Source: Ranitomeya imitator (lineage: Eukaryota). Taken from it: a stretch of DNA of 64,000 nucleotides. The notes under the pieces are model-generated. The model did not search any database. It was given only the letters and a program-made list of their open reading frames with translations, and had not been told where the DNA came from. The DNA lies in NCBI RefSeq assembly GCF_032444005.1, contig NC_091286.1, positions 584,660,001 to 584,724,000 of the forward strand, given 5' to 3'. Positions 23,424 through 35,578 of the stretch are shown here, piece after piece. A program made the translations under genes and the position numbers. How positions within the stretch are numbered: position 1 is the stretch's first letter; each line of letters begins with the position of its first letter.

Positions 23424-24806
23424 TCGTTTACTTGAGTGGGAAAAAGAAAGCATAATTGACATGTCTGTTTTTGTGTTTGTAATATTCTTATTCTGCCATA
23501 GTTTGCCAGAACCCCTTGTCTATAACTGAATTGCTAGATAATGTCTTGTGAATGCCTATACTCCTTTCCTCCCCCCCCATTCCCCCTACTGTACCTATCC
23601 CTCCCCCCGCCTCTCTCCCCTACTTCTTCCTTTCTGATTGATTTGGTTTTTCTCCTTACTTATTTCTGGTCATTTTTAGTTGACCTCTGTTACTGTTATT
23701 ACTGTTTGACTGCACTGTATTGTTTTGGAAATCTTCAATAAACACTAATTGATAAAAAAAAAAAAGAGCTCACTTGAAAAGCTCCTTTTTGTGTTGCCTG
23801 TTTGCTAACATTGGACACAATTCACTTCATATAAATTTGATAAAGCAATGCTGTTACTTTGCCTCAGTAGTTCATTAAAAATATAGCTTTGTCCACTATA
23901 TTTGCTTTTCTTCTTGCGAACCTTAACTTTGTCTGCCTCAAATGTACAAATGGAGAATATACACATGGCGATTTGTAAACAAGATTGAAATACTGTATAC
24001 CGAATGCATTCAGACAATCACATAGCTTCATTTCTTGTAACACATTTAGAGATGTGACAGACAATGCTCATAGTGACACAATCTTGAGAAATGTTTGTTT
24101 ATTCTCTTCACAAACAGTTCTATATGTTTGCTGTTTGTCATTGTAAAATATTAAGGTTTACTGAAACTATGCCGGTGGTGGTTTGATCTAAATCCTTGTG
24201 GCTTTTATTTTCTAGGGGTTTATGGCCCCTCGTCTGATGACTCCATGATATCTCAGTTTCATCCAACCTTGAAAAGTGGTTACTTGAAGGTGTTAGTGAA
24301 ACTAGAGATACTACATAGTGTTGTTCACTATATAAGACCAGAGAAAAATGACTAAGACAGATGACAAAGCTGGGGTACCTGTACATGTACAGTGTGCTGA
24401 TACCTGCATAAATGAGGACGCCCATGCAGTGTAGGTAATCTCCCAGGGGTTCTCTGTCTTGGTGTTGCTTCTCTGATATTCAAGAAGATATATAATCCAC
24501 ATGGAAGAAGGTCCCCCAAAGAGTTCTCCTCAAAAGTCAAATACTGCCCTAAGCAGATAAGTCCACTGATATACTGATCTCTAATATAAATCACAAAGAG
24601 CAACAGTACAAATAACTATACCAAAGTTAAAGTCTGCCATAACCTAAGTCCCTATGGCGTATAATAAGATCAGCATAATGGCCAACAATAAGAAAAAACG
24701 TACCAGAGCACACATTACCAGAATAAGCTCCCAATGGACATGCCCATAGTTGATCAGATCACTGAGGAGAACAAAGTAGCTAGGGAATCAGCCCCCATGT
24801 GGCCCA

Positions 24807-24844
24807 CCCAACACGTATCGTCACATAAGTGACTTCATCAGGGG
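24807..24844 (-). ncRNA. Degenerate minimal hammerhead ribozyme motif (Penelope-type)
   Basis: The minus strand reads ccc CTGATGA a GTCAC ttat GTGAC GATAC gtgt t ggg. Stem II is perfect, but the core GAAA is mutated to GATA. Confidence 0.6.
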
Positions 24845-26365
24845 TAATGATAGTGTGGTGTCTACCAGCCTGATTTATATAGTACTTACTAATTGTGCAA
24901 CAGAGAACAGCTGCTGGAAATCTCCCATGAGGGAGCAAGCAACACCACTGAGCCCCAGCTTCCTGGCGTCCCGGAAGTATCTACTGCGCATGAACAATAG
25001 TAACCTAGGTGATAGAGCGAAGCTATTAGGTAGGCGCACATACCCGGCCGCATGATCAATAGTAACCAACGTGGTACAGCGACACTACTGCATACACGCA
25101 CCAATCCAGTTAGCGGCTGGAATGGGGAAGTCCCCCCAGTCAGACTAACTGCTAGCCACACGCTTATGAGGCCGGATTCCCAGCGCCCGTGGAAGCACAG
25201 TTTCACAATACGTCACCACCGCTCCAGTTCCAGGGCATGATCGTGCATGCCCGAGAGTATCAGATCGCGCCGCAGTGCAGAAGGAATGGTCTCCTAGATA
25301 ACACCTCCAGCGTCGCCTGTATGCGCAGGCACCCCTTGTGTCCTAGGTACAGAGCTTAAAGCGCAGCAGTAATCTAATACCCCGAGACCGAGAAGGACGC
25401 CCGGATGGTGTGCTGCTGTGAAGGGCCCAATCAAGCAGGCACACCATCATCGCTTCCTCCAAGCCCCAGAGGTAATAACTATGTCTATACAGTCACTAAA
25501 AGGAGTATCCCGTCACCAATATTAGGTGCATAGGTCTCTCACTGCCATAAGGTTACCACTGTGACCGCATATCTATCTTACAATGCATCTCCCAGACATT
25601 GTCCCAAGATGAAAGACAATATGTATTTCTGCTACACAAACCCCATATAGTTCAAACACTACAGTGTTGTACCTACATCAGAACCTAAAGTTCCTCTATA
25701 GTGGTGCACTAAAGGGGGACCCCTAATGTCCCTCATCACTGCATGTGAGTCATGTTGTAAACACAAGGAAAAGAGAAGACTGCTGTCACTACCCATCAAC
25801 CTTTGTATGCAGGACACTGTACCACAGTGCTTCTATAGGCCCTTCCAATCCCTGCACACTAACAAGTGTGGGCAAAAGAGGGAGATTCATTAATCCCATA
25901 CAGATCTTATAGGGGGAGGGTGAACTCACATCACCTAAACAAACAAGGGCTACGTCCTTCCCATCCTAATGGGGGGATACTCTTTTCAGGTTATAACAAA
26001 TCTCACAGAAGAGATGAGACGACCTATTGCCTCTCATTTTGTATGGTGGTCATTCCAACAAGAAGATACTCATCCAAATCATTAACCTCCCAAAGGGGCC
26101 TGTCAACAGGACATCAAACCATAGGCAAATGGACTATAAACCAGTCTCTCAATTCGCATACTAAAATTTATTATTTATATTTCCAATGGAGAATATGGTT
26201 TCGCAGCAGAAGAAGGTATCACCCTCCTATGCTAGGTACAAAAAGACCGGGGAGGAGGGATAAAATAGAAAAATACAAGTTGCTAAACCCATGGCTCCCC
26301 TCCACATATATCCAAAACATCCCACATTCACATGATCAATGCAAGTAATGAAAGTGTATAACGGT

Positions 26366-26514
26366 ACTATAGTATCAACGTAACCATCAGAGGTGGCAAT
26401 ATCACTAACCAACTACTAAGATGTGAATCAAAGTGGATTTACAGATTACGGAGCCTTGCACCAAGAGGACTTAACGAAGAGCTCCTGTTTACGGGGTTCT
26501 ACAAGCAACTATAA
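26366..26514 (+). pseudogene. Penelope-type endonuclease C-terminal fragment
   Basis: Translated by hand: RGGNITNQLLRCESKWIYRLRSLAPRGLNEELLFTGFYKQL*. This matches the RGG..WI..L.TL.P.GLN tail of PLE GIY-YIG domains. Confidence 0.75.
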
Positions 26515-27204
26515 AATGTTCTTTGTTTCTTTCCCCCACCGTTATACACTTTCATTACTTGCATTGATCATGTGAATGTGGGATGTTTTGGATATATGTG
26601 GAGGGGAGCCATGGGTTTAGCAGTGATCTGATCAACTATGGGCATGTCCATTGGGAGCTTATTCTGGTAATGTGTGCTCTGGTACGTTTTTTCTTATTGT
26701 TGGCCATTATGCTGATCTTATTATACGCCATAGGGACTTAGGTTATGGCAGACTTTAACTTTGGTATAGTTATTTGTACTGTTGCTCTTTGTGATTTATA
26801 TTAGAGATCAGTATATCAGTGGACTTATCTGCTTAGGGCAGTATTTGACTTTTGAGGAGAACTCTTTGGGGGACCTTCTTCCATGTGGATTATATATCTT
26901 CTTGGGTAATCTTTCTATGTTTTGTTTTTTAAATTTTTTTTAAATGTTTTTAAATTTGTATAGTGTGTGGTTTAAAGACTTGTAATTAATAAAAATTTGT
27001 TATATTTGGCGATCCCTGCGTTTATGCATGTTTCTTTTTCTGTGTTTGCCATATCTGTATCTGACATACAGCGGGTTGAGCGCATAGATGATCATAGATG
27101 GTGCCCTCTATCAAGTAGTTTTGCTTCTCTGATATTCCAGACGGATGATGTTTAAAAGCCTCTTGGTGATGATCTAAAAGCCTCTTGGTGATAGTCAAAC
27201 TGAC

Positions 27205-27745
27205 TATGCAGCAGAGCTAGCCATGCCGCCAATGTGTAAAACAAAGGAGTATGGAGTACAAAATGCATATTTTGAAGTGGATTTTCCTGGGCCCATCCAC
27301 TATGTGGGTTCCAAAGTCTAATGGGGTGCATATGACTATGCAGCAGGGCTCGACTTCCTGCCAATGTATAAAACAAAGGATTATGGAGCACAAAATGCAT
27401 ATTGTGAAGTGGATTTTCATGGGCCCATCCAGTATTTGGGTTCCAAGGCGTAATGGGGTGCATATGACTGACTAAGAAGCAGGGCTCACCTTCCTGCCAA
27501 TGTATAAAACAAAGGAGTATGGAGCATAAAATGCATATTGTGAAGTGGATTTTCATGGGCGCATCCACTATGTGGGTTCCAAGGCCTAATGGGGTGCATA
27601 TGGCTATGCAGCAGGGCTCGCCTTCCTGCCAATGTATAAAACAAAGGAGCATGGGAGCACAAAATGCATATTGTGAAGTGGATTTTCCTGGGCCCATCCA
27701 GTATGTGGGTTGCAAGGCGTAATGGGGTGCATACGAATTGGTAGC
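27205..27745. repeat. ~130-bp tandem repeat, about 4 units
   Basis: Unit cagcagggctc..ttcctgccaatgtataaaacaaaggagtatggagcacaaaatgcatattgtgaagtggattttc..; probably subterminal to the hAT end at 28556. Confidence 0.8.
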
Positions 27746-28556
27746 AGGGCAGGCCTTGAATTCAATGCAACAGTTTTTCAGGAGTCCCCCATGGACATCA
27801 TATGACAGGGGCATTGTCGTGCGTCGTAATTTTTGGCAGCCCATCCACTCACAGCATAGGCTACAACAGCTTAGGAGACCCACTGTTTCATAATGGCCCT
27901 TTAAGAAGATTAATGCCGCCTGATGCACCAGTAAAAATAGGCTCTGTGACTTTAAAAGTCCCTCATTCGTAAATGAAACAAGATGGGTCTGCTTATGTGT
28001 CACATACCACATGGCCAGCTAGGGTTGTTAAATGTTACAGTGACATTTCACAGTGAATGCATTTGTAGTGGTTGAAAGCAATGTTAAAGTTGAAAAATGC
28101 TTCAAAAACGCTGTGTCTGAACTAAGACTAAGTGAGAGAGGAAATTTTCGGTCTGGGGTTAAATATTTGGCCGTATAGGCAAGTCATTAACCTGCAAAGG
28201 ATGTACCTTGACATATTTCCAAGCAAAACCCGGTTTGGTTTCGTTTCCATGTGTTTTTTTTGGCACTGGGAAAAATGGCATGAATCTCAGAAAAAAATTA
28301 TTAAGGCTGTGAACTAGGAGTCAGGAATGATTCCAGGGGCGATTCCCATGAGGTCTCTGTGTCATTTGAGCAGTGTTTCCATCATTTTCAGACTTTTTTT
28401 AGACCTTAAAAGGACCCCCGGGGGGATCGCAGTAAAAATACTCGGGTCTCCCATAGACTTACATTAGGTTCGTTGTTCTGGCTGAGTACCTGAGTATTCC
28501 AATTTGCTCGACCCGAGCAACGAGCACCCGGGCATTTTAGTGCTCGCCCATCACTA
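27746..28556. mobile_element. hAT-like element terminus
   Basis: Ends in gtgctcgcccatcacta, the same TIR family as the 53731-54025 element that has an 8-bp TSD. The other end was not identified. Confidence 0.55.
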
Positions 28557-28703
28557 TTAAGTATATAATTCTACATGTGTTAATTCATAGTTTTGATGCC
28601 TTCTGTGTGAATTTACAATTTTCATAGTCATGAAAATACAGAAAAATCTTTAAATGAGAAGGTGTGGCCAAAGTTTTGGTCTGTACTGTACTGATGGCTG
28701 CAT

Positions 28704-29340
28704 ATGGTCCGTGACATTGGAGACTATATTCGGGTGCGTGTCTCCAGCGCCAAGAATAAGTTTCCTCGACAACGGCCTGCTGGGTTACTTTACCCCCTGT
28801 CGGTGGCAGACAGGCCCCGGGAAATGGTCAGGATGGACTTCGTTGGGGGCTTACCCAAGTCCCGTAACTGCACAATTATTTGGGTAGTCACCGACCACTT
28901 TTCCAAAATGGTGCACTTGGTGCCTCTTCCACGGCTACTTTCTGCATATGCCTTGGCAGTGTTGTTTATCAAGCATATTTTACGCCTACACGGTATGCCA
29001 GATGAAATTGTCAGTGACCGGGGTACCCAGTTTGCATCTCAGTTCTGGAGAGAGCTTTGTCGTCTACTCAGCATAGAGCTTACTCTCTCTCTTCAGTATA
29101 CAATCCCGAGACGAATGGGTTGGTAGAGAGGGCCAACCAGACCCTGGTCACATACCTGCGACATTTTGTTCCAGCCAGGCAGGATGACTGGGCATCCTTG
29201 CTACCGTGGGCGGAGTTTGCACTGAACAATGCAGTAGCCAACTCCACTGGGCAAACCCCTTTCCTCCTTAACTACGGCTAGCATCCGTGGGTTCCTGGGG
29301 CCATGCCGGTGTCGTCCACCGACGCTAGGGTGGCAGAATC
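28704..29340 (+). pseudogene. Gypsy integrase core fragment
   Basis: MDFVGGLP..VVTDHFSKMVHL..HGMPDEIVSDRGTQF and PETNGLVERANQ..WAEFALNN, separated by a frameshift. Confidence 0.85.
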
Positions 29341-29369
29341 GGCTGTGGAGGCACATGACATTCAAGTTT

Positions 29370-30789
29370 GCTTCCTTATATAGCAGGTGAAGATAACCCG
29401 TGTGTGTTCACATTATACCGTCATATACTGTGCGCCATTACCGATCAGCAGGTGTAATCTCTGCACGGTGGACCCCGGGCTGCAAACACACCTTATACCA
29501 TACTTATAATTATTTGGTGCATTCTGCCAGCGCTAACATCTGATTTTTTTTTTTTAATATAAAAATGAGTTTAACAAGGCTAGCAGACAGAACTGTGCAA
29601 CTTATGCCTGCAAAGCTACGATTTTTTCACTACAGATACACTAGGCCTCAGCCTCCCATAACAGACTGTATACATTTTTTGTTTTTTTGCTGATTTAAAA
29701 AAATAAATAAAAAATGAGTTGAACAAGGCTAGCAGACAGAACTACGCAACTCATGCCTGCAGTGCAATGATTTTTCGACCACAGATACACCAGGCCTGAG
29801 TCTGACATAACAGACTGTATAATTTTTTATTTTTTTTTTAAATTAAAATGAGTTGAACAAGGCTAGCAGACAGAACTATGCAACTTATGCCTGTGAAGCT
29901 ACGATTTTTCCACCACAGATACACCAGCTGTCAGCCTGAGATAACAGACTGATCTAAATGTGGCCTTGATTTTTTAGGGCACAACTAAATTGTGTCAACA
30001 AGTTGGCTATGACACAAAAAAAAATGTTGGTGCACTCACATCTGATGCCTAGTACAAAAAAAATTATTAGATTTGCAAGCTCTCTACATTGGAATAATCT
30101 GGCTGTAGTCTGCAGCGTGACCAAGCAAATAAATGTAGAAATAAGAGGGCTACGGATTTAGAATAAAAGGAGCAGGTATAAGATGAAAAAAACAAAATTG
30201 CCACAGATAACTGCAGCTAGGTATATATTAAATAAGCAGCAGCAGCAGACAGTTATGGAGCTTTTGGAGGTATGCAGTGAGACCTATGTACTCACATACA
30301 GTGCCTGCAGGCCTTGCACTGATATGGATATGTGCACATAGACTCCCTTGCCTACCTAGCGCTGCAATCTCGGGATGCCAGAATTAGCCCTGAAAAGGAC
30401 TGTTGGTTTCTCAGGAGTTGCGGACTGAACAGTTGCAGACCTACACTAACTATTAAAAGCACGATTCTGACCCTATCTCAGCAGCAGCTCTCCCTATACT
30501 CGCTAAGTCCGGAGCAGAATGCGGCGAACAGGGCGACGCCAGGTCTCTTGTAGACCTGATGACGCTCTGCAGCCAGCCAATCACTGTAATACCACAACAA
30601 AGATGGCTGTGGCATTACAGTGCATGGCAGACAATCCCTGCATTGTCACTGGCGCTCTAAAAAGTGACAGAATTGCAGGGCGGAGACCTGAGCTACCGCC
30701 GAATGATTCCGGAAATACTCGGTGCTCGCCGAGCATAGTGATACTCAGGCGAGTATCAAGTAGTGTCGAGCACAAATCTCTCATCACTA
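29370..30789. mobile_element. hAT-like element terminal region with ~140-bp tandem repeats (29560-29950)
   Basis: Repeats aaaatgagttgaacaaggctagcagacagaact..cataacagactg; ends in ctctcatcacta. Confidence 0.55.
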
Positions 30790-31825
30790 CACCTTATCGA
30801 TCCTTTATTTTTTAGTTCTAAAAGTTATCAGGTAAAGTAAATCAAGTAAAGTTTTTCATCCAAATTTATAAAGAAAAAACAGGAAAGTTCGGCGTCCGTA
30901 CCAAACACCTACTGTTTGGGCACAGACACCGAACACAGACTTCTCCAAACTGCCCGAACACTGGGTGTTTGTCATGCTGTCATGTGCATAAAACAGTGCG
31001 GCAAACACTGCTTCTGATCGGCAGCAAAATCATCCCCGCTGGTCAGTGAGCCACAATTCCCACGCTGTTAAATGACAGTGTGAGCGCTCAGCTGTGATCA
31101 GAGGTATAAAGTTTACCTCCGGTCACTGATGTCAGCTGGTGAGACTACAGCTCCCATCATCCGACATCTGCTGCCGATAATAACAGTGAGAGCAGGATCG
31201 GCTGATGGGAGAATTCATCTGCCGCTCCTGCACTGTAAATAAATAATTTTTAAAAATCCTGGCGTGGGTTCCCCTGTATTTTTGCAAACCAGCCATGCAA
31301 AACTCACAGCTGGAGGCTTCAACCCTCAGCTGTCAGCTTCAGAAAAGGCTAGTTATCAAGAATAGAGGCCCGGCTCTTCCCACTGGCCCTGTAGCAGTGG
31401 CAAGTGGGGTGATAGTTGAGGATGTTGATGTCACCTTTGTATTGTCAGGTGACATCAAGCCCCGAGGTTAGTAATGGAGAGGCGTCTCTAAGACACCTAT
31501 CCATTACTAATCCTATAGTGACATTGTAAGTAAAGACACAGCCTGAATAAAGTCCTTTAATTGAAAAAATTACAGTCTCTTAATAATCTTAATTAAACCA
31601 TACTTACAACCTCGCCTAATTCCACAGAAGCCCTCGATCTCCTGTGATAAAACTAAAATTAAAAAAAATATATACCATACCTGTCTGTAATTCTGTCCCA
31701 CGCCGTAATCAATGTTTGGGGGATAAACAGTTTTCAACATGGACGGCGCCAAGATGAGACCGTCCCACCTAAAAACCACTGGTGACCGAACTGCTGCGAG
31801 CGCAGCCTCAGTGACTAGCGGTGAC

Positions 31826-31975
31826 GTCACTGAGGCTCCATTCCTAGCTGGGCTGAACTGCGGTGACCTCGGTGAGATCCCCGCAAGCACTGTGAGGAAA
31901 AACTCTCACGGTGCTAGCGGGGATGTCACTGAGGTCACAGCAGTTCAGCCCAGCTAGGAACGGAGCCTCAGTGAC
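31826..31975. repeat. 150-bp imperfect hairpin
   Basis: gtcactgaggctccattcctagctgggctgaactgc.. pairs with ..gcagttcagcccagctaggaacggagcctcagtgac. Probably internal to a non-autonomous DNA transposon. Confidence 0.85.
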
Positions 31976-32349
31976 TGGAGGTAACCTCGATGATGGCACC
32001 ACTGTATATACAACATACAATGGTCTCTTTGAGGCCTTTATGCAATGATACCACATTTATCATATGATAACACTACAGACACTGTGGATCTGTGACGCCT
32101 GTGATCTGTAAGAAGATGAATTATCTTCAGCCCAAGAGCATTACACTGGCAAAACACCAGTATTAGTGACCTACATGCCCTGGTTGGCATCTAGCAGTGC
32201 CTCTCTACAGTACAGTGCTACATGTTCCACTGACATGTGTTTCGCCACCTGGGCTGAACCCTCAGTCGTTCCTCTGCAGATAAACATCTGGCAATTAAAG
32301 TTTGAAATTGGCAGAACTCTGTTGATGTCACATGAAAGAATAAAAATGT

Positions 32350-32500
32350 CTTTGTGCAAAATAAAACATACTCTATCAACAAAAAAGTGACAGAGGTGAA
32401 TGGGTCTTGTTGAGAAACTTTTGTGCAAATAACCCAAGGACATCTGATCTGCTCACTCAGCCGCCCCCTCATCAATAGAAAGAGAGGTTATAAGAGGCAA
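32350..32500 (+). promoter_or_regulatory. Putative proximal promoter of the saxiphilin-like gene
   Basis: TATAAG at 32489-32494, 56 nt before the ATG. GC box gccgccccc at 32460. TTGTGCAA (C/EBP-like) at 32352 and 32421, the latter overlapping gcaaataa (FoxA-like, reverse strand). Motif calls are by eye only. Confidence 0.55.
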
Positions 32501-32544
32501 ACAGCAGCTGGATGAGACGCTCTTCGTATGCTGCCTTGTAGGAA

Positions 32545-32587
32545 ATGAGGATGACTCTTCGAGTGCTGCTATGTCTCAGCCTGTGGG
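32545..32587 (+). CDS. Sxph: Saxiphilin-like exon 1 (signal peptide MRMTLRVLLCLSLW)
   Basis: 43 coding nt, as in transferrin exon 1, with a G|gtaagt donor in phase 1. Joins exon 2 to give the signal ..SLWALSSA followed by mature APNTR. Confidence 0.85.
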
Positions 32588-32766
32588 GTAAGTACATGTC
32601 CATACAAGCTCATGATGGAATATGTCAATTTGCATATTTAAAATGTTGTTTTTGCCACTGGTTCCCAGCACTGATAACCTCCAAAATCCGCTGTTATTGC
32701 TGATCCTGTCACTGTACAGTTATTCATGTAGTGAGCTAAATCCTGCAAAGATGAACATGAGCATTA

Positions 32767-33094
32767 GGCTACGTTCAGACTAGCGTTGTGCGCCGCTGCG
32801 TCGGCGACGCAACGCACGACACACGCAAAAACGCGGCAAAACGCACGCAAAAACGCTGCGTTTTGCGACGCGTGCGTCGTTTTTTCCGAAAATCGGACGC
32901 AAGAAAAATGCAACTTGTTGCGTTTTCTTGGTCCGACGCTTGCGGCAAAAAAGACGCATGCGTCGCACAACGCAACAAACAAAAACGCATGCGTCCCCCA
33001 TGTTAAACATAGGGGCGCATGACGCGTGCGTCGCCGCTGCGTCGCCCGACGCTAACCCGACGCACACTAGCACAACGCTAGTCTGAACGTAGCC
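32767..33094. mobile_element. Harbinger-like palindromic MITE (intron 1)
   Basis: TIRs ggctacgttcagactagcg / cgctagtctgaacgtagcc and a TTA duplication. Confidence 0.85.
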
Positions 33095-34384
33095 TTAGTG
33101 ATGAGTAAATCTGACTATAATTGAATTCGATAGTTTGCTTGAATTTGGCAAGAAAATAACATTCAGATTAGTTATATTTGAAGCTAATGAAATGTATATT
33201 ATTGTGCCCTGAGGTTTCTCCAGAACATAATAAACATATGTGAAAAAATTATACTTGCCTTTCCTGCTGTGCAGCCGCACTCTGGCCCAATCCTTCTCTC
33301 CAGTCCGTTCTTCACTGGGCTATCCTCGACATCTTCAAGCACACAGTATCTTTGGCATCTTCCGGCCACTCTATTGATCGTACCAAAGATATGAGAGGGC
33401 CAGATGAGTATTAATTATCTTAAATTTTTTTTTAATCCCTACACTTCCTGTCCCGGCTAGTGGCAATTTTATTGAATTCGCATAAATGAAATTGCCAAAA
33501 AAAAATTGAGATTCTGTGGAATCTAATTTTTTGTAAAACTCAAGACAAATTGACTTCACCTTAAAGCCATTTTCTCATTTCTATAATTGTAATAATTTTT
33601 ATAAATAATATTATCATTACAGAATAAAACAAAAATATATATTTGTCTTTGCATGTGACGTGTTTTAGAAATAATATATTATTTCTAACAATACAATTCA
33701 GGGCCTCACACTCTTGAATGGTCATGCTCCTCTGTACTTCTGTTGAGCCCTGTGTCGCTTCTGAATAACTTCTTCTCAGGACAGTGAGTTGGCAAATACC
33801 TGATAGCAATAGATTGATCTCCACATGGGCAATTTTAATTGATTTCTTTGGATGAGGTGATCATTGATAGTTTTGAATGTATCAACTGTGACTCACTATT
33901 TGAGCAATATTCATTACTTTAGAATTCCACATTTCATTGGTAGCTCATGGGGATCTTCAGAGAATGACCACCCTCTCCCCAGCATGCATAACAGAGCTGC
34001 ACATAGAATAGCTGAGCTGGGCTACAACCCACTTATCAGGGAAATAACAATTTTGTAGAAGGGTCTGGGGGATATTATTTTTTGTTTAAAGGTTCATTGG
34101 TGCATTTGTTTTTTTATGAAGTAGATACGGTCATTAGGTGTAAATGTAGCTGGTATCAGAGGGATATTCAGCATACCATAGCTGAGCTTTGCTTACAACC
34201 CAGATGTTAGATATTTTATTAGAATAAACAATAGGGCCCATACAACTTTAGTATATACCTACAATATGCGCAGTCCCAGATTGGCCATCTGCCTGACCTG
34301 GCAGATTCCCGGTGGGCTGCAGCTCTGAAGAAAAAGTGGGCCGGGGCCCTGTTTTGTGGCCACTGGCCCTTTAAATTTTCTTCT

Positions 34385-35044
34385 TGTCAGACAGTCTGCA
34401 CAGAACTTACAGGCTAGCCTTGTGCGGGTGTCCAAAGTAGGAATGGCAGAGTTCGGGGCAGTCCAGGCTACAGGAGATGTGGAGCGGCGGTGAAGGGGAG
34501 ATGTGCTTCAGGCAAGCGTGACCAAGCACGTGATCGCCAGTGGGAGTGGCCGGAGGCGGAGACTGCACCCTGAAACCCAGAGAGCAAAGCTCGGGTGGAC
34601 GGAGTAGTAGACATGTCGGAAAGGCACAGGACACGACCAGAGGACGGCACAGATACCAGAGGGTCAGACAGAGACATAGTCAGGGTCAGGCCGGGGTCAG
34701 AACCAGAGAGATAGGTGCAGTACCAAAGGGCCCACACAGAGCGGGTAGTCAGAAATTCAAGCAGAAGTTAACACCAATCAAGCCAGAAAACAGTACCAAG
34801 ACAGTATACGAACTCACAACACAGGGACAAACTGGGTCAGAACCAAGAGATCAAGCACGATAAGAGGCACAAGGCACAGGCACACAAGGGTCAACCAACT
34901 CAGCTGAGGGCAGAAGTATAACTGACACCGGACCTAGGTAGATTGGCAACTAAATAGCCACCCACTGCCATAGAGAGGCAGATACATTTAACCCCTGTCT
35001 GACCAGGATGGGAAAAAGACAAAACCCCGTCCTGGATCATGACA
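34385..35044 (-). mobile_element. Solo LTR, probably Gypsy (intron 1)
   Basis: tgtcag...catgaca termini, a minus-strand tatttag TATA-like box, and near-duplicated flanks cttct/cttca. Confidence 0.65.
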
Positions 35045-35578
35045 CTTCATATTGTCAAGGTGTATGTGTGTGCACACACAAAGCCACTGCGGTACATGGG
35101 GCTGATTCTAAGCCTTTCCTTCTCTGTACAAAAAGCAATGGATGCACTGAAGCCTTTCATCTGCCTTCATCTCCACAATCTGGGAAAGTCCTATAGAGAT
35201 AGAGCCTTTTTATGTATACTTCTGTCCTAATGTCTCGTTTATGTGTACACCAAACCCAGTGTTTCCTATATATTGTATATACACCAATCTCAGGGTCTTC
35301 TATGTAATGTATATACAAGAGTATCTGATATAATGTATATATAGCAGTTGCAGTCTCCTATGTGATGTATATACAGCAGTCATAGTGTATTGTGTATGAT
35401 GTGACTTTTTGTTAAAAAATATTAATTAAGTACTTTATGTTTTTATAGCTGAGTTCATGTATTCATTAATCGCAGTGTGCTGATGTATTATGTATGCTTA
35501 GGGTCATTAGGGTCCTCTGAGCATGCTTGAATGAAATGTATGTTTTATTGTCACACCTAACATGGCTTACTCTGTATA

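Larger units (their letters stand above)
16239..23762 (+). mobile_element. Full-length L1-clade LINE
   Basis: TSD aaagagctcactt at 16226-16238 and 23763-23775, with a TT|AAAG target context. G-run 5' start, ORF1, ORF2, AATAAA at 23737 and a poly(A) tail. Confidence 0.9.
24482..27120. mobile_element. Penelope-like element (5'-truncated with inverted pseudo-LTR)
   Basis: 17-bp direct repeat ttgcttctctgatattc at 24465-24481 and 27121-27137. Inverted pairs 24481-24764/26621-26904 and 26281-26365/26538-26622. Contains a GIY-YIG C-terminus and a hammerhead motif. Confidence 0.75.

Noticed and set aside
25866-26348. 160-aa ORF inside the Penelope region
   Set aside because: It has a non-ATG start, no motif, and lies in the inverted pseudo-LTR.
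27152-28012. 286-aa repetitive ORF; array superficially CRISPR-like
   Set aside because: These are contiguous ~130-bp tandem units without unique spacers, there are no cas genes, and the context is vertebrate.
32490-32545. Iron-responsive element in the 5' UTR
   Set aside because: There is no CAGUGH loop with a bulged-C stem.
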